Positions 44,428-49,901 of a DNA stretch of 49,901 bases are shown here, in pieces. Source of the stretch: Patescibacteria group bacterium (GTDB taxonomy: Bacteria; Patescibacteriota; Minisyncoccia; Phycocordibacterales; Zambryskibacteraceae); contig JBBUAI010000014.1 of assembly GCA_038058745.1 (NCBI GenBank), forward strand, positions 1 to 49,901. The letters run 5' to 3'. The notes under the pieces were generated by a model. That model did not search any database. It saw nothing but the letters and a program-made list of their open reading frames with translations, and was not told where the DNA came from. The stretch's first letter is position 1. Each line of letters starts with the position of its first letter. The translations under genes and the position numbers were made by a program.

Positions 44428-46538
44428 ACGGGTTTACCCTGAGCAGAGTCGAAGGGCCAGTTTTCAATCATGAGCATTTTTTTATTCTTTATGGGCAATT
44501 CGGACCAAATCTCTTCAGTAATGAATGGCATGAAGGGGTGAAGAAGTTTCAAAGAATTCTGCAGCAAGTAGTAAGTAGTAGGAAGTAAGGAGGGGTCTTT
44601 TTTACTCTCCTCCAAAATCTCATCCGCCAAGCGGTGCCAGATATAATGGTAAATTTTCTCGGCAGCGAGATAAAAGCGGAAGTTATCCATATCGACCGTA
44701 ATATCTTTAGCCATAGTATCAAACTCTTCGACCAATTCCTTTTTTAATTCCCCTTGATTTTCTTGCGAAAGCACGTATCTGGCAATATTCCAAACTTTAT
44801 TGGCAAAGTTTTTATAAGCCTTTAATTTATCATTACCCAGTTTACTGTCCGAGCCCGGACCAACTCCCACAATAAGTGCCATACGCAGGGCATCAGTGCC
44901 GTATTGCTCGCCAATGGAGACCGGATCAATATTATCTCCTAGAGATTTGCTTAATTTCTCTCCGCGCTCATTTCTAACAAGCCCATGGAGGTAGACAGTT
45001 CTAAAGGGAATTTCCCCGAGGATAAATTCAGACATAAGGATCATTCTCGCTACCCAGAAGAAGATAATATCGTATCCAGTTTCCAGTATATCTGTTGGAT
45101 GGTATGTCTCTAAATCTGGAGTTTTCTCAGGCCAACCAAGTGCAGAAAATGTCCACAATCCAGAAGAGAACCAAGTATCTAGAGTATCTTCATCTTGTAC
45201 CCAACCATCACCAGCTGGTTTATCGACCCCTACATATGTATCATTCTCTCTATACCAAACAGGGATTCTATGTCCATACCAAAGTTGTCGAGAAATATTC
45301 CAATCATGCAGATTATTTATCCAGTTGAAGTATTCTTTATCAAACCTCTCCGGCAAGATCTTAATCTCCCCGCTTGCGACAGCGTTGTACATCAGCTCTT
45401 TGAGTGATTTGTTTTTTCGTTCTGAAACCTTTTTGTTCACATCCACGAACCACTGCAATTTTGGCAATGGCTCAATAATGCCCCCCGTGCGTTCTGCTGT
45501 AGAAATGTTCTGCACAATATTCTCTTCAGCTATCAGCAAACCTTCTTTCTTAAGCCAGTCGACGATTTTTTCTCGTGCTGAAATTGTCTTCTCACCCTCG
45601 AGACCAGGTATTGGTAAAGAAATCTTTGCATATTCGTTAATCACTTGTATTGATGGCAGATTATGTCGCTTGGCAATTTCTGCATCAAGTGAACTATGTG
45701 CCGGAGTCACTCCAAGAGCCCCAGTGCCGAACTCCATATCTACAGATTCATCAGCCACCACTTTTATCTGAAGTTCGGCTCCAGCAAAATTTACCTTGAA
45801 AGTCTGACCTACAAACTTTTTATATCTCTCATCATCCGGATGAACTGCCACGGCCGTGTCTCCAAGTTTTGTTTCCGGTCGAGTGGTCGAAATAGCGATA
45901 GGGAAGTCGGAAGAATATTTAAAGGTGTAAAGTTTGGCCTCTCTCTCCTCATAAACTATTTCATCGTCGGAGATAGTGGTCTGCCCCTTTGGGTCCCAAT
46001 TGATTATCCTGGTGCCCCGATAGATAAGCCCAGCATCGTACATTTTCTTGAAGGCGGTTCTAACAGCCAAATTCCTTTTTTCATCGAAGGTAAATGCCTC
46101 ACGGCTCCAGTCCAGAGATGTTCCCATCTTGCTGATTTGGTGTCTTAAGGCTCCGCGATTTTCCTCCACGAATTTTTCCACCTTCGCTACGAAATCCTCT
46201 CGACCAATATCATGCCTGCTCTTACCCTCTTCTTTATAAAGGATTTTCTCCACCTTGGCATTGGTAGCGATGGCGGCGTGGTCCGTGCCGGGAAGCCATA
46301 AGGTTTTGAATCCCACCATGCGTTTGTAGCGAACGATGATGTCTTGTATTACTGTCATTAAAGATCCGCCTATATGAAGGGTTCCAGTTGCGTTCGGTGG
46401 TGGCAATACAATACAAAAAGGATTTTTATGTCTTGCCGGTAAGTTATCAGGGTTGAAGTAGCCGCTTTTTTCCCACAGATCATAGATCCTTGACTCCGTC
46501 CCTGCCGGATTATATGGTTTAAGAAACTTATCGTTCAT
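44424..46538 (-). CDS. valS: Valine--tRNA ligase (short form lacking the C-terminal coiled-coil)
   Basis: Start set at MNDKFLKPYNP (46538). HIGH motif PPPNATGTLHIGG, editing-domain motif TTRPETKLGDTAVAVHPDDERY, KMSKS motif KLSKSLGN. The protein ends about 20 aa after LHPFMPFITEEIW. Confidence 0.95.
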   Translation of the reverse strand: MNDKFLKPYNPAGTESRIYDLWEKSGYFNPDNLPARHKNPFCIVLPPPNATGTLHIGGSLMTVIQDIIVRYKRMVGFKTLWLPGTDHAAIATNAKVEKILYKEEGKSRHDIGREDFVAKVEKFVEENRGALRHQISKMGTSLDWSREAFTFDEKRNLAVRTAFKKMYDAGLIYRGTRIINWDPKGQTTISDDEIVYEEREAKLYTFKYSSDFPIAISTTRPETKLGDTAVAVHPDDERYKKFVGQTFKVNFAGAELQIKVVADESVDMEFGTGALGVTPAHSSLDAEIAKRHNLPSIQVINEYAKISLPIPGLEGEKTISAREKIVDWLKKEGLLIAEENIVQNISTAERTGGIIEPLPKLQWFVDVNKKVSERKNKSLKELMYNAVASGEIKILPERFDKEYFNWINNLHDWNISRQLWYGHRIPVWYRENDTYVGVDKPAGDGWVQDEDTLDTWFSSGLWTFSALGWPEKTPDLETYHPTDILETGYDIIFFWVARMILMSEFILGEIPFRTVYLHGLVRNERGEKLSKSLGDNIDPVSIGEQYGTDALRMALIVGVGPGSDSKLGNDKLKAYKNFANKVWNIARYVLSQENQGELKKELVEEFDTMAKDITVDMDNFRFYLAAEKIYHYIWHRLADEILEESKKDPSLLPTTYYLLQNSLKLLHPFMPFITEEIWSELPIKNKKMLMIENWPFDSAQGKPV

Positions 46539-46681
46539 GCGTCTTCTAATGATACCACGCTTAAGAGCGTGACCCAGGTTTAGTAAAGGACAAAATATAA
46601 AGAACAAATAAAGTAATAGTGTCCTTTACAAAAACTTGACTTTAAATTTCAAAAAAAGTAGCTTGATCCTGTCTGATAGAA

Positions 46682-48115
46682 ATGGAAGCCTTTTCTTTCC
46701 CTAAGAAGATTAAACAGAGGTTGCTTCGAGTCGGAGCTTTTTATCTTGCCTTAGCGGTATTTTCTATGGGAGTGCCAGTGGCTTACGCTGCTCTGACCGC
46801 CGACATCAAGGCCAATGGCTCTGACGGGCCAGTGACGGTAACCAATGGCGATTCCTGGACCTACAGCTGGACCTCGACTGTGGCTACGGCTTGTACTCTA
46901 ACCTCGCCAACTGGTGATTCTGGTATCTCCACGGCTGGTTCTGGTGGTCCTATTCCTCCTGGTCATTCTTGGTATCCGGCAGTTGGGAATTCCACCACCC
47001 TCACTCTTAATTGCACCAATGGCACCAATACGACGACGGATTCGGTGGTAATCAATGTTATCGCTCCAGCAGGTCCAGGTGTCACAGCAGTTCCTCCAGC
47101 CCCGCCTGCTCCTCCAACGCTTCCTAGCGGAGGCGGAGGGAGTGCAGCCACTACTACTCCTCCCACCTCTGGTGGCGGTGGCGGAGGTGGTGGGGGAGGA
47201 AGCTCTGGCGGTGGAGGTGGAGGTGGAGGTGGAGGTGGTTCCAGCCGTCCGCCTACTCCTTCAGGACAAGTGCTAGGAGTCTCTACAATATCAGATTTTT
47301 GTCCTTATCTAACAAGCTATTTGAGGATTGGTTTTAATAATGACCCGATTCAGGTTATCCGCCTTCAGGCATTCCTGAAAGCATTTGAAAAATTCGACTA
47401 CGTCACCATAAATGGTGTCTTTGATGAAGCAACACTGCAAGCTGTTAATGAATTCCAGTTAAGGTATAAGGACGAGATTTTAATCCCATGGGGCATAAGC
47501 CAGCCGACGGGCTATGTTTACATCCGGACCCTAGGCAAAATCAATCAGATTCTCTGCGGCACGTCCATCCAAGATGTCCATCCTCAAGTCATAAAGAACA
47601 TCAAAGCGCCGGTCAGCAAGGAGATGGACGGCCACAAGGAAGGTGCCGGCACAAGCACGCTTTCCTCGATACCGCTCATAGGGCAAGACATTTCTAAAGG
47701 ACAAATACCTGATAAACCAGATAAAGGACATCCAAGCGGTCTCACGGCAGCCCTATTCACATGGCCAGATACAGGTACGGATATAGTGAAGTGTCTCTAT
47801 CAATTCCTGCTAATACTGATTGTCCTTTATATCTTAGGGAGCATAATGGAAAGTGTCCTTTATAAGGACAACCCTGAAAATATCCTTAAGAAGTTTTACT
47901 CCAAGTGGGCAACTATCCTTATAGGTCTTGTTCTGGCCTTTATAGGTGCTTATCTTCTAGAACTATGGTGCTTGCTTCTGCCATTACTCCTATCATTAAT
48001 CACATCGGCAATCTGGATGTTTGTAAAGCGTCCGCCTCAACCAAAAGTAGCCACAAGCAAGGAACCGGTCAAAGAGACGACCAAAGTTATAATGCTTACC
48101 GAAACTAAGAAGTAG
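46682..48115 (+). CDS. Secreted/membrane protein with Ig-like N-domain, poly-Gly linker, peptidoglycan-binding (PG_binding_1-like) domain and C-terminal TM helices
   Basis: Signal/anchor LRVGAFYLALAVFSMGVPVAYA. Linker SGGGGGGGGGSSGGGGGGGGGGGSS. IQVIRLQAFLKAFEKFDYVTINGVFDEATLQAVNEFQ fits the PG-binding-1 helix pattern. Three hydrophobic helices at the C-terminus. Confidence 0.75.
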   Translation: MEAFSFPKKIKQRLLRVGAFYLALAVFSMGVPVAYAALTADIKANGSDGPVTVTNGDSWTYSWTSTVATACTLTSPTGDSGISTAGSGGPIPPGHSWYPAVGNSTTLTLNCTNGTNTTTDSVVINVIAPAGPGVTAVPPAPPAPPTLPSGGGGSAATTTPPTSGGGGGGGGGGSSGGGGGGGGGGGSSRPPTPSGQVLGVSTISDFCPYLTSYLRIGFNNDPIQVIRLQAFLKAFEKFDYVTINGVFDEATLQAVNEFQLRYKDEILIPWGISQPTGYVYIRTLGKINQILCGTSIQDVHPQVIKNIKAPVSKEMDGHKEGAGTSTLSSIPLIGQDISKGQIPDKPDKGHPSGLTAALFTWPDTGTDIVKCLYQFLLILIVLYILGSIMESVLYKDNPENILKKFYSKWATILIGLVLAFIGAYLLELWCLLLPLLLSLITSAIWMFVKRPPQPKVATSKEPVKETTKVIMLTETKK

Positions 48116-48152
48116 TTCGACGTTGCTGGTTCGACAAACTCACCACAAGTCA

Positions 48153-49244
48153 CTATAGGTAAGTCAAGTTGCCGCGAGCTCTGATATTCCCGTTTTCTTC
48201 AATCAGTTCCGGGCGCTTGCTTACGTTCTCGTATGCCGCAATGCCAATCATCACGGCATTATCGGTTGCCAAGAGCTTTTCCGGCAGGCGAAGGGCAAGT
48301 CCCGGGAAATCCCGGATTAAATTGTTCAGTTCATGAATAAGATGAGTATTGGCGGCGACACCGCCCGCAACTATAAGCGTTCTCGCTTCATTCCCGAGAT
48401 TTTCTAACGCCGTTCTCGTCTTCTCTATCAATACTTCCACCGCCGCGTCTTCGAACGCCCGGGCAATATCTTGCTTATATTCTATATCTTCTCTATTATC
48501 TCTTCTGATTTTATAAAGTACGGCAGTCTTTAGCCCCGAGAAAGAGAAATCCAGGTTTCCAGAATTAAGCATTGGTCGAGGAAACTTAAATCCTAAATCC
48601 TTAATCCTAAATCTTGAATCTGCGGCTAGTGCCGAAATTTTAGGCCCGCCAGGATAAGGAAGGCCGAGCAATCTTCCCACCTTATCAAAGGCCTCTCCTA
48701 CGGCGTCGTCCCTCGTCTGTCCGATGATTTCGTAATGCCCGAATTCCCTCATCAAGACAAGTTCCGTATGTCCGCCAGAAACTAACAATGCCAATGCAGG
48801 CATTGTTAGTAAATTCGAATTTCGAATTTCGAATTTCGAAATTGACCCTGTTTTGTACAAAACAGAGTAGATATGTCCTTCCATATGATTGACCGGCACA
48901 ACGGGCTTTCTCCAGCGTCTTCCCAGTTCTTCCGCGAACGTGATGCCTGTCCAGAGAGCCGGCTCGAGCCCCGGGCCGGCGGTGACGGCAATAAAATCCA
49001 CCTGTAGACACTCCGTGTCTACGTTGGCTTGCTTAAGTGTTTGTTCCAGGAGAATCGGAAGATTCTTTTCGTGTTCGCGCTTGGCAAGCGTGGGGTAGAC
49101 GCCGCCGTACTTTTCGTGCAGGGCCGCTTGAGAAAGCAGAGTGTTACCCAGGACTCTTATATCCGGTTTTTCAGCTGGCCCGCTTATCTCCAGAAGCGCT
49201 ACCGCCGTCTCATCACAACTTGTCTCTATGGCTAGAATCTTCAT
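48153..49244 (-). CDS. tsaD: tRNA N6-adenosine threonylcarbamoyltransferase TsaD
   Basis: MKILAIETSCDETAVAL, VNHMEGH, LLVSGGHTEL, DDAVGEAFDKVGRLLGLPYPGGP, DFSFSGLKTA, and ATDNAVMIG are collinear with E. coli TsaD. Confidence 0.95.
   Translation of the reverse strand: MKILAIETSCDETAVALLEISGPAEKPDIRVLGNTLLSQAALHEKYGGVYPTLAKREHEKNLPILLEQTLKQANVDTECLQVDFIAVTAGPGLEPALWTGITFAEELGRRWRKPVVPVNHMEGHIYSVLYKTGSISKFEIRNSNLLTMPALALLVSGGHTELVLMREFGHYEIIGQTRDDAVGEAFDKVGRLLGLPYPGGPKISALAADSRFRIKDLGFKFPRPMLNSGNLDFSFSGLKTAVLYKIRRDNREDIEYKQDIARAFEDAAVEVLIEKTRTALENLGNEARTLIVAGGVAANTHLIHELNNLIRDFPGLALRLPEKLLATDNAVMIGIAAYENVSKRPELIEENGNIRARGNLTYL
48585..48619 (-). repeat. 7-bp-period array inside tsaD (plus strand CTTAAAT CCTAAAT CCTTAAT CCTAAAT CTTGAAT)
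   Basis: Five imperfect heptamers. They are translated in frame as ...DSRFRIKDLGFKF... in a variable TsaD loop. The sense strand nearly matches the array in front of lepA. Confidence 0.6.
48781..48865 (-). repeat. Composite of a 12-bp-stem hairpin, a TTCGAAT x4 tandem repeat and an 18-bp perfect palindrome inside tsaD
   Basis: ACTAACAATGCC(48781-92)-aatgca-GGCATTGTTAGT(48799-810). TTCGAAT x3 plus TTCGAAA (48814-48841). CTGTTTTGTACAAAACAG (48848-65). All are in frame and encode VLYKTGSISKFEIRNSNLLTMPALALLV. Confidence 0.7.
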
Positions 49245-49314
49245 AAGTTATTGGCGCATCTCTACGTTAATGCTCGAACCTACTTTATCAAAAATTCCTG
49301 ACTCTAACTAACTC

Positions 49315-49860
49315 GCACGCCCTGCGGGCGTGCTCGTGCGCCTCGCCCCATCGCTTTCATTCTTTTTAGAGTTGGCGGGGGTTAGATTTTTTCAGAGGTA
49401 TGAGCGATGGGGCTCGGCTTGGAATACAGGGTGCATTGTGCTCGGTCTGGTGTTTTGTGGAGCGTCCGTGCCTAAAGCAGATGACACCACTCGGCATCCG
49501 CCTCGGGCTGTTTCCGCTAGGGCTACGAGCGCCTAAGTGCCTAGGTGTGGGTAGGTTGGCTTGCGGCTCAAATACCCGGTAAATGAGCCGCAAGCCCTAC
49601 CCGTCTCCTTTTGGGGAGAGGAAAGGTTCCTCTCCCCAGCTTCGGTCTCCTCCTCGCAGGGATAGGTTGGAGTTCATAGTGCTATCTAACCCCTATCCTT
49701 TCTTTATTTCAGTTTTGCAGTTTTCCGTGCCTTCGGAGTCCGCCCTCGCACAACCCCTCTCCTTGTTTTCATCACAGAGTGTGTGGTGTCGCTTTCGCTT
49801 TCGAGTTCTCTAACTTCGTTCGGGTCGGCGCTCGTCTTTAGTCACAGAGTAGTGTACCCC
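49315..49860. ncRNA. Candidate large structured non-coding RNA (class and strand unresolved)
   Basis: No ORF longer than 76 aa in roughly 650 nt, and none has a recognisable protein pattern. There are several long perfect or near-perfect hairpins: 49315-49333, 49345-55/49403-13, 49549-49602 and 49613-49637. Confidence 0.3.
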
Positions 49861-49901
49861 TTTTCTTAGACAACTAGTTTCTCTTGATTTGTATTGTATT
49901 T

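Noticed and set aside
46539-46681. Possible T-box leader upstream of valS
   Set aside because: The leader is only about 140 nt. There is a partial GUGGUAUC resemblance, but no full T-box sequence (AAUUAGGGUGGUACCGCG) and no specifier-loop architecture could be traced.
49330-49536. DGR variable or template repeat (translation ...RWGSAWNTG... vaguely like the GGSW...GFR C-type-lectin VR)
   Set aside because: The ORF is only 68 aa with no upstream target-gene body. I could find no second near-identical copy with A-specific mismatches in the window, and the sequence is not adenine-rich.
49440-49610. Resemblance to 23S rRNA 5' (GGCGGAUGCC, minus strand) or 3' (ACCCGGUAAAUGAGCCG, plus strand) segments, and a 5S-like CCGAAC..AG..GAAC string at 49800-49830
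   Set aside because: The matches are short and patchy. A full rRNA cannot fit because tsaD occupies the adjacent DNA, and no other universal rRNA motifs are present.
1-49901. CRISPR arrays, transposases/IS ends, integrases, restriction-modification or other defence genes
   Set aside because: I scanned for regularly spaced direct repeats and for nuclease, ATPase or recombinase motifs and recognised none. The only MerR/IS607-like HTH (29981-30220) lacks a recombinase domain.

Overview
The window is gene-dense and almost entirely coding. It looks like a reduced-genome bacterium, probably Candidate Phyla Radiation/Patescibacteria. That placement is inferred from short housekeeping proteins, poly-Gly linkers, Wzy_C+TPR membrane proteins and a giant surface protein; no marker search was run. 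Housekeeping genes recognised by motif are secA, obg, gatB, murJ, lepA, valS, tsaD, a type-A RNase P RNA (rnpB, missed by the ORF track), tRNA-Phe(GAA) and tRNA-Arg(CCU), hsp20, prsW-like, and a DsbB plus Trx-like pair. There are three accessory blocks. (1) 1-4509: a secreted dockerin-bearing protein followed by three membrane-anchored cohesin-like paralogues. (2) 4478-22604: a large glycan locus. It holds six glycosyltransferase-type genes, four methyltransferases, an O-carbamoyltransferase and a flippase. It also holds an unusual nucleotide-sugar module (KdsC-like phosphatase, NTP-transferase/kinase fusion, GatZ-like TIM-barrel protein, decayed SDR, cupin isomerase, NTP-transferase/WavE-like fusion) and an O-antigen-ligase-like TPR protein. 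(3) 30221-35551: an AT-rich region with DnaA-box-like 9-mers, then a 1694-aa protein with two cytoplasmic HTH repeats, one TM helix, tail-fibre-like repeats and a Gly-rich region. Further oddities are 7-bp-period arrays and palindromes translated in frame inside tsaD, a CGAAT repeat array upstream of hsp20, and an ORF-free, hairpin-dense segment at 49.3-49.9 kb. No CRISPR array, transposase or recognisable defence gene was seen.
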